Below are positions 13,611-25,019 of a stretch of 64,000 nucleotides of DNA, one piece after another; position 1 is the stretch's first letter, and each line of letters begins with the position of its first letter. Below the pieces are notes generated by a model. It made no database searches and was not told the origin of the DNA. It saw nothing but the letters and a program-made list of their open reading frames with translations. The DNA comes from Azolla caroliniana (Eukaryota; Plantae; Polypodiophyta), in the NCBI GenBank assembly GCA_043228905.1, contig JBHGNT010000008.1, positions 12,214,001 to 12,278,000 on the forward strand, read 5' to 3'. The translations under genes were made by a program, and so were the position numbers.

Positions 13611-14799
13611 ACACTGTTGCACCCTAATCTTGCGCCAACAAGAATGACAACAACTACACACACACATAATCAACAACAGTTTTCCCTAAGTCATATTTAT
13701 ACTAATATGACTTTTCGGCTATTTACAAATATAGCCCCGATGGACTCTCAGAAACATATTTACGAATATGTCCCTTCATCCGGTGATCACTCTTCACTGA
13801 GCCTGCATCATCCGGTGCTTGCCGGGCACTCATCATCCGGTTCTCACTGGGTCATCCGTAGCCGGGTACTCCTCATCCGGAGGGACCTGTTTCCTAACAA
13901 AATACAGAGGCACAGCCGTAGCTGCGTGTGAAGCCGTATGGCTCAAGAGGATTTTGAAGGATCTGGGTGTACCCATCAAGGATCCGACTCCCCTTTACTG
14001 CGACAACATGAGCAATATCTATCTGGCTCGGAACCCGGTGTTCCACGCGCGGACAAAGCACATCGAAGTGCACTATCACTTCATCCGAGAGCGCGTTCTA
14101 GTTGGCGATGTCGACCTACAACACATTAGCACCAATCTTCAAACGGCCGACATCTTCACTAAAGCCTTAGGAGCCGACAAGCTATGGCAATTCATGACCG
14201 ATCTCAAATTGACGATCCCTGACCTGCCAAGCTTGAGGGGGAGTACTGAAGACATTACACAATAACGCGTGGATTACACAACCACTCAACGAAGCCGCGA
14301 AGAGCCGATCTACCGTGCAAAGCCGCGAAGAAAGACGCAAGCCGAAGCACAAACTTCGCAACTACGCACAACGCAAGTTGGAGCACGGATTCCGCAACTC
14401 CGCATAAATGTGAGTCGATGCGGACTCCAGAACGCGAGTCGAAGCGGATTTCGGATACCGTCTGAAACCGACCCGACTTGAGCTTGAGGGGGCATGTTGA
14501 GAATCAAGCTCAACTTGGTCTACTGTGTGAACTCACCTTGAGAGTGAATAGACACTCCAACAGTCAAGAGTCACCATTAAGTCACCTCTTTGTATTCTAG
14601 CATTTAGTATGAGTCATAGAATCATATTCTATGACACATAACTTATGAGCTTTCACATTCCCCATGCTCCATGAGCCTTCTAGTTAATGAAGAGAGAGGG
14701 TGACTACATAAAGCACCCTCCTCCCACCTTGTATAATCTTGAGTCTTTCTCCTTTGTTAATATACTTTTAACCTTGTGTATTCTCTGTGTTTCACTCAC

Positions 14800-14896
<97 letters not shown>

Positions 14897-15242
14897 TAAC
14901 TCACATCTCTTCCGCTTCACAAGAATCCATCTCTTGATTCTTTACATGGTATTAGAGCGATTTGGTAGCTCGATCTAGCCCATTCGCCTCATCGTGATCG
15001 TGTGTTGTGCTCTACGCCGATGACCAAGAACCGGCTCATAGCTATCGTAGCTTCGCTACATAGCTCGCATTCGAAGAGAGAAGAAGAAGAAGAAGAATCG
15101 ACATAATGAATACTCAAATGGGGAGCACTCTCCCTACCGAGAAGAGAGAGGGTGACTACATAAAGCACCCTCCTCCCACCTTGTATAATCCTAAGTCTTT
15201 CTCCTTTGTTAATATACTTTTAACCTTGCATATTCTCTGTGT

Positions 15243-15320
<78 letters not shown>

Positions 15321-15378
15321 CACACACATAACTCACATCTCTTCCGCTTCACAAGAATCCATCTCTTGATTCTTTACA
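11137..15378 (+). mobile_element. Ty1/Copia element C, internally deleted, with three LTR copies, nested in B
   Basis: TSD TGAAG (11132-11136 / 15379-15383). LTR1 11137-11574 + PBS; gag 11734-12480; RT/RH 12516-14265; LTR2 14495-14946 + second PBS and gag start; partial LTR3 ~15141-15378. LTRs contain (CT)n(CA)n. Confidence 0.93.
13349..13899 (-). mobile_element. Solo LTR (Copia E family) inserted in the RNase H of C
   Basis: TG...CA. TSD GAATA/AAATA. Removal restores STEAEY|RG. Shares blocks with 19652-20410 and 40030-40588. Confidence 0.88.
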
Positions 15379-15383
15379 TGAAG

Positions 15384-17680
15384 TAACTCCTAAAGAATGT
15401 TTCTATGGAAAGAAACCTAGTTTAAGACACTTAAAAGTGTTTGGATGCCTTATCTATGTCCATGTACTTGCTAAAGTAAGCAGTAAGCTTGATCCAAAAG
15501 TTGAAAAATGTGTTCTTGTTGGATATTTAGAGGACCAAAAAGGGTATATATGCTATAACCCATTGACAAAAACGATTGTGGTAAGCCGTGATGTAATATT
15601 TGATGAGTTGGGCAGCTGGTACAACCCAAAAGAAAATGTAGAAACTGATGAAGACTGTGAAAATGAGGACAAGGGTGAATCTGAAAATGGAAGAGATTGC
15701 CATAGAAATGGAAACAATGTTGGACAACAAAGCTCAACATCAATAGAATGTACTACACCATCTGAAAAATCTGGTAGTAAATCTTAATCAAATGCTTGGA
15801 GTGGAAAGAATGCAAGAAAAAAAAATTATGATGATAGAAAGGGAAAACAAAAGATGCCAAAATATGAAATGCTTGATGACAGGTCTAGAAACATGGAAGA
15901 TGTAGATTCAGATACATCATTGGATGATGAGCTTGGTATATGAGCCCTGAAAATCCCTGGTATGGAAAAAGCAATGAAAGATGCAAATCAGAAACTGAGA
16001 AATCAGATAGAGAGAAAAAGATTGTTGAAAGATTTGGTTATGATACATACATTGCTATGCATTATGCATATATGTCTAATGTGGTACAAATCCCTGATCC
16101 AAATAGTTTTGATGAATCAAAATCTAATAAGAAATGGGTGAATGCAATGCAAGAAGAAATAGATGTATTAGCTGAAAACAAAACATGGGTTTTGGTGAAG
16201 TTACCGAAAGGAAAAAATGTTGTAGGTTGCAAATGGGTCTACAAAACAAAGCATTGATTCCAATGGGAATGTAAGTAGACATAAAGCAAGACTTGTGGCA
16301 AAGGGATATGCCCAGAGGCAAGGAATTGATTATGATAAAACATTTGCACCAGTTGCAAAGATGGCAACATTGAGGACACTACTTGCTATGAGTGAAGCCA
16401 AAAGATGGGTTATGCACCATATGGATGTAAAAAATGCTTTTTTACATGGTAACTTGGACAAGGAAGTATACATGTGTCAACCACCAGGTTTTGAAGATAA
16501 GAAGCATCCAGAATATGTTTGTAAGCTAGAAAAAGCTCTCTATGGACTAAAACAAGCACCGAGAGCGTGGCATAAAGAACTCTCCGAATCTCTGAAAAAC
16601 ATTGCTTTCAAAATGTCAAAGGTTGATCCATCATTATATGTAAAAAGGATAAATGATTGCATTGTTGTGATTTTTATTTATGTAGATGATTTAATCATCG
16701 GAGGCGATTCTATGGATGAAATAAGGAAGCTAAAGAAAAATCTTGAAATGCAATTTCATATGAAAGATCTGGGAGAGTTGAGATACTTTCTTGGTATTGA
16801 GATGATCAGATCTGAAAGTGGTATATATATATTGCAAAAACAGTATGCAACAACTATGTTGAAGAAGTATGGTATGCTTGGATGCAAACCTATTGATGTA
16901 CCACTGGATAAGAACTACAAATTGAGGGCTAATTTGGAAGCCAAAATAGAAGATGTAAACATGTACAAGTCTATGGTGGGAAGCCTCATATATTTGACAA
17001 TAACAAGACCTAATTTGAGTTATGTTGTTGGATTAGTTAGCCAGTTTATGCAACAGCCAACAAAGCCACACTTGGACTGCATTAGAAGAATCTTGAGGTA
17101 TGTAAAAGCTACTCAAAACTATGGACTATTTTACAGGACTGATCTGGACATAAAGCTGGAAGGATATACAGACGTTGATTGGGCTAGAAGCCAAACTAAT
17201 AGAAGATCCACAAGTGGATATATGTTTACATTGGGAAGTGCAGCTATTTCATGGAGTAGCAAGAAACAAGCTATTGTTGCGTTATCAAGTACTGAAGCTG
17301 AATATAGAGGAGTTGCAATAGCCACCTGTGAAGAGGTATGGATCAAAAGATTTCTTTCTGATTTGGGAGAATATATAGATAGTGTAGTCACAATTTGGTG
17401 TGACAATATGAGCAGCATTCAGTTCACAAAAAACTCAGTGTTCCATGCAAGAACAAAGCGCATTGAAGTGCATTATCACTTTGTTAGAGAAAAAGTGATT
17501 GACGGTGAAGTAGATCTGATGTATGTAAGCACAAATCAACAAGTTTTTTATATTCTTACGAAGGGATTGGGCATGGAAAAACATACACAGTTCAGGGACA
17601 TGATGGGAGTCATAACCATTGGTATGATAGCTGAAAAGCATGAAGGAAAGAAGATTGAAGATGATCTCAAGAAAGGATAA
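15384..17680 (+). pseudogene. Copia B integrase C-term, RT and RNase H (3' part)
   Basis: VFGCLIYVH, MDVKNAFLHG, YVDDLII, ARTKRIEVHYHFVRE. ORFs 15437-15787, 15940-16257, 16295-17680. Confidence 0.92.
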
Positions 17681-17698
17681 GTTGAGCTCGAGGGGGAG

Positions 17699-18111
17699 TG
17701 TTGAGAAACAAGCTCAACAAAGGTATGTGATGCATATTGGTAAGTGAGATCTTCTATAGTAGCTATTAGCTAATTAGCTACTAGTGGACATAAAGGTGAA
17801 ACAGCTATTTAGCTATGCACAGCTATTTAGCTACTCACAGCTAATTAGCTGCATATATAAGTCACTTATAACTTAGGTAAAAAGTAAGAGTAGTAAGTTG
17901 TAGTGGAGTGAGTAGAGAAGAAAAAGAACAGAAAAAACAGAAAACTAACAAGAGCGAGTTGAGCTCTGCGTGTAATGAAATAGAAGAAGCTTTTTGGTTT
18001 GCTACACAGAGGTAAGTCTCCTTCCCTTTCCTTTTCTTTCTTGAGCACTAAACGATCCAGCACACCACGATCCGTTATGCACAATAGAAGAACCGGAGCA
18101 CCTTCGTAACA
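17699..18111 (+). repeat. Copia B 3' LTR
   Basis: Direct repeat of 8548-8956, preceded by PPT. Confidence 0.93.
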
Positions 18112-19651
18112 ACGCAGACTTCTCTTCCGAAGGTCCGTTGTTGTTTTGTCCGGAGTCGGATTCACTCTGATCTGACTCGTCTTTGCTGGTGTCGTACTCT
18201 GGCATCTTCTTCTTCCCCTTTTCTTTGCGTCTGAACCGTCTCCGTGGTTCCTTGCGTGGGGAGAGCACAGCCGAGTCTTCACTACTCGCTGACTCATCAT
18301 CCGGTTGACCACTCTGGCTCAACCAGTCCGGACTCGATCCACTCATCCGGAGAGAAGTCGAACTATCCAGCTATTCAAATTCCACGACACTTACCTTTGT
18401 TTCGGATTCCACCGGATCATCTACAACAATCATCTTGGGTTCGGGTGGGGAGAAGTACCAAGATGTCGATTCATCAGAAAAGACATCTCGACTAACTCGA
18501 ACTGCTTTCGATCGGGGGCTTTAACACTTATAACCCTTCTGTTCATCCGAGTAGCTGACGAAAATGCACTTTTACACTTTCGTGTCTAACTTCCTCCCAT
18601 TTTCCTTGGGTACATGCACATATGCAATGCTACTGAACACCTGAAGGTTTGCCAAATTCGGCTTCCGCTCGAAATACAGTTCGTGCGGTGACACCTTTGT
18701 CCCTGAGGCAGATATCAGATTTTGGATGTAGACGGTTGTCCGAATCACCTTGGACCAATAAAATTTGGGTATGCTTTTCTCCTTAAGCATCACCCTTGTC
18801 GCTTCTACCAGCGTCCTGTTTCGACGCTCGGCCACGTCGTTCTACTCCGGCGTGTATCTACAGGAGAATTCCCATCCGATTCCCTTCGTCTGTAGATAAC
18901 TCCTGAACTAGCCGGAAAATTATTCTTTTTCGCCATCCGATCTCAGACACTCGATCTTTCTTCCAGTCTCGCGTTCGACAAGGTTCGTCAAATCCTGAAA
19001 ACACGAGAAGACTTCGCTTTTCTTCTCGATTAGATAGATCCAAGTGTGTCGGGTGAAATCGTCGATGAAGGAGATGAAATACCGACTCCCACCGATGCTC
19101 AAGTTTTGTGTCAGTCCCCAAACATCCAAGTGGAAAAGGTCAAGTGAATTCGAGATCTGATTCTTCTCATTGGGGAACGGAAGCCCGTGCTGCTTCCCGA
19201 GCTGGCAAGCTTCACATATTTGGCCTTTCTGGACACTGAACTTCGGCACTCCGGAAACTACGTGTTCCGACTGCAGCTCGTGAAACTTCCGGAAATTGAT
19301 GTGGTTGATCCGCTTGTGCCACAAGTTGATGTCCGACTTGACCTTCTGCCCTTTGACTAACATAGTGGTGCCAACATCATTCGTTTCGAGGATAAACATC
19401 CTCCCGTCTCGGCGCCCTTGAACAATAATCTAGCCCTCTTCTTCGATGAAGCACTTAAGGTGCATGAACCGAACCTGCATCCCTTGATCGACAATCTTTC
19501 CAACCGACACCAGATTCTTTGTGATTGGTGGGACGTGAAGCGTTTATAAGCTTTCCCTTCTGCCCGACATGGTTGAGAGGAACCTCTCCGATGTGCTCGA
19601 TGGTATGTGGGGTGTCATCTCCGGTTTCAACCACCCCCGATTGTTCCAACA

Positions 19652-20410
19652 TGACGGGGACCGAGCCCCAACGTTCCTTATGCGTGACGCTCGGCCACAA
19701 CCGAGGGTAGAAGGATACACAGAAAAACGGGAAATAAAACTTGACACAAAGAGGAGAAAGATACACAGGAGGTTTACGTGGAAAACCCCAAACTAGGGGA
19801 AAAAACCACGGCAGCCCACGGGCTGCAAACTGTCACTATGTGAGAATGTACAGCAGTGAGTTCACTGAGGCAACGACCTCGTGCTCACAGATCTTCGCCA
19901 CACGCCGCGGTTACAATAGAGGCAACGACCTCGATCTCTCTCTCTCTCTCTCTCTCTATACAGTTACGCACTCTGATTTCGTGCAAAACAGAAAAAAATG
20001 ACAACACCACCAAAAGTTTGCCCTAAGTCATATTTATACTAATATGACTTTTCGGCTATTTACAAATATAGCCTCGATGGGCTCTCAGAAACATATTTAC
20101 GAATATGTCTCTTCCTCCGGTTCACACCGGGCCTGTATCATTCGGCTCTCCGTAGCCGGGTACTCCTCATCCGGTTCATACCGGGCCTGTATCATCCGGC
20201 TCTCCGTAGCCGGGTACTCCTCATCCGGTTCACACCGGGCCTGTATCATCCGGCTCTCCGTAGCCGGGTACTACTCATCCGGTTCACACCGGGCTTGTAT
20301 CATCCGGCTCTCCGTAGCCGGGTACTCCTCATACCGTTTCGGCCTCGGCCGAGTTTGTTCGTCGGCACTGTTCTTCTCCCTTCCCATCCGGAGGAACCTG
20401 TCTCCCAACA
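19652..20410 (-). mobile_element. Solo LTR (Copia E family) inserted in Copia A
   Basis: TG...CA. Perfect TSD CAACA (19647-19651 / 20411-20415). Homologous to 13349-13899. Confidence 0.88.
20117..20332. repeat. 54-bp tandem repeat x4 inside solo LTR
   Basis: Unit CCGGTTCACACCGGGCCTGTATCATCCGGCTCTCCGTAGCCGGGTACTCCTCAT starting at 20117, 20171, 20225 and 20279. Confidence 0.95.
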
Positions 20411-21261
20411 CAACATGGTTGAGGGTAACCTCTCCGATGTGCTCGATGGTACCCGGCACTGCCATCACTCCCCCTACTTGTGGAGGGTCCGAAACTATTG
20501 TCGGCACCATCATTATGCCTCCGATTTTGCTCTTGTCGATCGTTTCCATCGCGTGCCGATCCGCCTCGTCTACCATGACCACAGGGCCGATCCGACTTCG
20601 TGTACAACATCCTGTTGTCAATGTGTGTGCTTGTTGACGCACCCGTGTGGTTCTCCCTTCTACAAACCGCCGTCCGGAATGCTCCGAACTTTGATGCTCG
20701 GCTCCCGAGACAAACCTACACCATCTCATCTTCCTTGACGGTTACGTTGATGGAGGCAAGTAAGTCACAGATGTCTTTGATCCGGGCCGTATAGCCGGCC
20801 ACCGACATGTCCTTCTCTCGGACAAAGCTCAACTCTTGTCGGAGTTGCAACTTTTGGGCAGTGGTGCTTGCGGCGAAGACCTTCTTTAGGTTTCCCCAAG
20901 CTTCCTTTGGCGTCTTGGCGTCCCGGATATGGCTCAATAGTTGATCGCTGACACTTGATGCAAAGCAGTACATAACTTTGCTTGCCGCTTGTTCCCAAGT
21001 CGGGAAGTCCTTGCGTGCCGCATCAAATGTCGTATCGTTAGCTCTGTCAACATAACTCCAGTAACCGTGCCTGAGCAGGTACTGGTGCATCTTGTACGAC
21101 CAAGATGCATAGTTGGATCTTTCGAGCTTCTCCGTCGGGAGCGAGCTAACCATTCCTCAATCCATATTTTCCTTCTATTTGTTCTTTACCGGGTGTTAGG
21201 CTTTGTTTCCAGAAATCGCTCATCGGTTGCAGAGGTTCTCAACCCTCGTGCTCTAATACCA

Positions 21262-21697
21262 TGAAAAGGTGATTATGAGGAAGCTAAGACACAACTAGCT
21301 TAGCCGAATAGCAACAAAATACAAACACACGTTTAATGGAAACCTCACACAAGAGAGAGATAGATAGACAGACAGACAGAGTTACCGTAGAACACACTCA
21401 ATTCAAAATAATAACACTCTGTGTATACAATGTGTGCTCAGTGACCACTTCTATACACGTCCTTACACGGACTAATAGAAGTACTGACAAGTACTTCAAT
21501 GCTCATACAAGCGACTGACACTAACTGCCAAAAATATGCCTACGTACTAGGCTAGATTCGTAGGCCTCTAACAGTCTACCGGTTACAATCCGATCCGGCT
21601 CCTGGTTCTGGACACCGATCTGGTTCTTCGTTACGGACTCCAATCCGGCTCTGGCTTATTCAACCAATCTAGATCCGGTTGAGCTTTCTGCTCAACA
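21262..21697 (-). repeat. Copia A 5' LTR
   Basis: Adjacent to PBS; direct repeat of 6234-6633. Confidence 0.9.
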
Positions 21698-21702
21698 AAT
21701 AT

Positions 21703-22860
21703 TTTCCTATTTTAGAGTTTGCCGATAATAGCTCAAAATATACATCAACTAAATGTAGTCCTCTTATGTTATTGTATGGTTTTTAGCCACGTGACCCGAT
21801 TGATGTTAAAATTCATCATGATGAGCTACGAAGTACAAAAAACTTTCCAAGGTATATGCAAGACATGTTACGTATAGCTCATGACAATATAAAAAAGGCT
21901 CAAAACAAAGCTTGTGTTTATGCTTACCACCATTCACAACTCCATGTATTTTCCCTGAACAAAAAGTGTTCTTATGTGTGCTTGATGACTCTACAATGCT
22001 ATCTACGGGTACGTGTGCTACATTAGCCCCACACTTTTGTGAACCTTTCAGAGTCCTCAAGTGTATCGCCTTAACCTTCCAACTAATATCAAACTCCATT
22101 TTGTCTTTCATGCTAGTCCTTTGGAAGAGCTATTGGGTTCTAACAATTATTCAGTTTCCATTAAAACTTTGGTTACTCTTGAGGATTTTTCATCCAAACC
22201 TCATAAGCCAATCCTCACCTCATAAGCCAGAAAAAATTGTCAATTCAAAAACTAAAAGTTTGTGCTCTTAGCATATTTGAGACTTTTTAATTTTATGGAT
22301 GGATAGCTCAATTAAAGTTGCTACTTGGGAGAGAGAAGATGCTCTTAAAACAAACTTCCTTGAATTTTCATTGAAAGAGTGCAATCTCTTAGAGAGGGGG
22401 GAGTATGTTACAAGCATAGTTGTAACTTGTAACCATAGTTGTGGGGTACATTGAGTGATAACTTTATAGTGTTGCATCACTTGGCCATTTTTTTTTTTAA
22501 ACAACCAAGTGTGCAACAGATAAGGGCCCAAGGTTTTAGCCTATATAAGAAGGCTAGCTACCTTTTTGAAGGGAGGATTTTTTGTTTTTGTTTTTTTCCA
22601 AAAGAGGATTTTTTTTATTGATTTGGATAGAGCCTCTAACAATGTGGCAAAGTTCCAACATCATACTCGTGTGCCTCCTTCAAACACAAGGTGCGATCCA
22701 TGTTTGTACGAGGTATGGAACACCGTTGGGGGAACTTGGATCTGTCTCTCACCTTCGTTAGGGGGTAGTCGAGTGGACTAGTGCCCATTCTTCCTTATTT
22801 TCCTTCTTGAATTTTGTTGAATGTTAATTAAGATTCTAATATAGAACCACCACTAGTGTT
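21703..22860 (+). mobile_element. Gypsy J right part: integrase C-term, chromodomain relic, PPT, 3' LTR
   Basis: FPILEFA..., LAPHFCEPFRVL, PEKIVN...ATWEREDAL (chromodomain-like). PPT AGAGAGGGGGGAG, LTR from 22406; right end approximate. Confidence 0.8.
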
Positions 22861-24963
22861 ATTTAGAGCTAAATAACTAATACAACTCATTTTAATAAAA
22901 TAAGGATACCTTGGATAGTGAATTGCTTCTTTTGCACAATTCAAGTGGAAAATAGTATTTATCATTCCATACTATGTCAGATTTCTCATTAGATTTGGAA
23001 TTACATGACTCAGATTTGGCAAGTTTGTTATGTTGTTATTTGATGCCAAAACAATGAGTGTTTCGACAATTCACATTGGTCAACCAAATATCAGATATGG
23101 AGATCATTTCCTATGTCTACTTTGTTAGGAATTGCGTCATAATTGGGATATGAGTAATATTTTTGTATTTGATGGTTGGCATGGAGTTAGGAGCATAACT
23201 ACGAAAGTCAAAGGGATTATTGATGGGGCAATTTTGATTATTGGAGAAATTCAAATTCTTTTCTCGATGGAATGTTCGTCTTGCCAATTGGTGATATAAC
23301 ATGTCCCACTACCCATCTAGGGGCGACAACACTCAATTGTGATACATTGCAGTGTTCTTTAGAAATAGTTATTAATATAATTTTGTGGTTTCAAACAATC
23401 ACACAGACCATGACGTAAACAACAAAAAGATTTTGTGTTAACGTGGGAACAACAGGAAAATGAGACTAGGGCAAGAACAAATAAGAAGGGGGTGCTTTAT
23501 ATAGAGTTAGCTTCTCTCAATATTTTCTCTATGAACGCCAAGATCAAAGGGAGTGGGATAGAGAATGTTCTCATTAAATGAGATTCGAGCAACATTATAG
23601 GGAATGAGAAAGAGATGTAAACAACAAGAAAAGGTTATTTTAACGAGGGAACTACAGGAAATAAGAAGGAAGGTTGGTTTATGTAAAGTCAGTTGCTCCC
23701 TATATTCTATGATCTATCCATGACAACCAACTTTAGTTGTGGGATAACGAATATGCTATCATTAAATGTATAAGACAGGTCCATTACAATACACTCTTTT
23801 CAAGAATGATTGGTTGTTGGCAATTAATGCTCATGGCTCACTAAGCATATGCTCATAGTTTGCATGTTGAGCCATGTTTCTCAACATCCACCATCTCATT
23901 CAACTAAGAGTCAAATGTTGAATCAAAACTTTCTCTGATGTTCCTTTATTACTCCCCTCCAAGCTTTGTGATTCAAGAGGTCGAAGATCAAGTGCAAGTG
24001 AGAATTATTCTAGAATGTTCATTCTAGAGCATTGATGATGATGTCCATCATCTATAGACAATCTAAATGCCAACCCACAACCTTACGGCTCAAAAGATCA
24101 AATATACATCACCAAACCAAACTCTACATGAGATTTGGGAATTCCAACTCACAACTTCAACGGCTTCAAGAGTCAAATTGACATCACCAAGCCAAACATC
24201 TATACATGTTTGATAAAAGGAACTATCTATAACCATTGGTATAATTCCTTTGCTTCTACAACCATTGCTATCATTTTGATGAAGCCTTACTCAAGCTTCC
24301 AATTGCTCGTTCTCTTCAAGTTTCCATTCAACATGGACTGAAAGAAATTATTTGTTTTAGTTAACTTCCATGTTATTTCATAAAATCTCCAAGCTTCTGA
24401 CCCATTAGTGCTTAAGGAAAAAAACCATTACCATGGTGTATTGTTGGAAGGCAGCTCAACTTTAATGTAACACACTCATAATGAACTAAAAATTTAAGTC
24501 TCAAATCTCCAGTTATTGGCTTCATTATTTTTCTTCTAGGGGAAACTTTTACGATTGAATTTGGTGTACATAAAAGAAACATCATGAACATTGCACGTGA
24601 AATGCATTTAAAGAGCATTGAAAGCAATAGGACGAATTTAAAACTTCCAATAGATATGCAAACAAAAGAGCATTGCCTAGTGTTGACAACTATTTATCGT
24701 CATTTAATTATGGTCTCAAAAGCAACCATTTTAGAATCCTCAACATAAATATGATAGATGATGTCTACTGTCATCACCCGGACTGTGCTAAAAGACTGAA
24801 ATTAAGATGGTCAAAATTTGAACCTTCAACCATGTAACTTCTGGCAAAGGTCACAACCCTAGAAGCATGCATATATGCTGGAGTTAGGACATCAATATAG
24901 CTCCCATTATATGCTAAATTGTAGCTATGTATGAGTGATGTCTGTACTCAATAGATTCCTATT

Positions 24964-25019
24964 TTATTGTGAGAATCTATTTTTGTTTCCATCCATCATC
25001 TGTATGAACCGATAAAAAG
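24964..25019 (-). CDS. carA: carA exon 10 (stop)
   Basis: CAG acceptor; [18 protein letters not shown]. Confidence 0.85.

Larger units (their letters stand above)
8548..18111 (+). mobile_element. Ty1/Copia LTR retrotransposon B (AT-rich), nested in A
   Basis: LTRs 8548-8956 and 17699-18111. TSD ACGCG/ACGCA. PBS TGGTATCAAAGC at 8957. PPT GAGGGGGAG at 17690-17698. Confidence 0.95.
6234..21697 (-). mobile_element. Ty1/Copia LTR retrotransposon A (degraded; hosts B, C and solo LTRs)
   Basis: LTRs 6234-6633 and 21262-21697. TSD AATAT (6229-6233 / 21698-21702). Met-type PBS rc GCTCTAATACCA at 21250-21261. PPT at 6634-6643. gag 20716-21153, integrase 18572-19399, RT/RH 7259-8450. Confidence 0.95.

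Noticed and set aside
11137-14946. Naming Copia C as the moss centromeric RLC5-type truncated element
   Set aside because: The integrase-less structure is reminiscent, but species and family cannot be established without a search.
11329-15369. ORFs with SLSLSL/HTHT runs
   Set aside because: Translations of (CT)n(CA)n microsatellites within LTRs.
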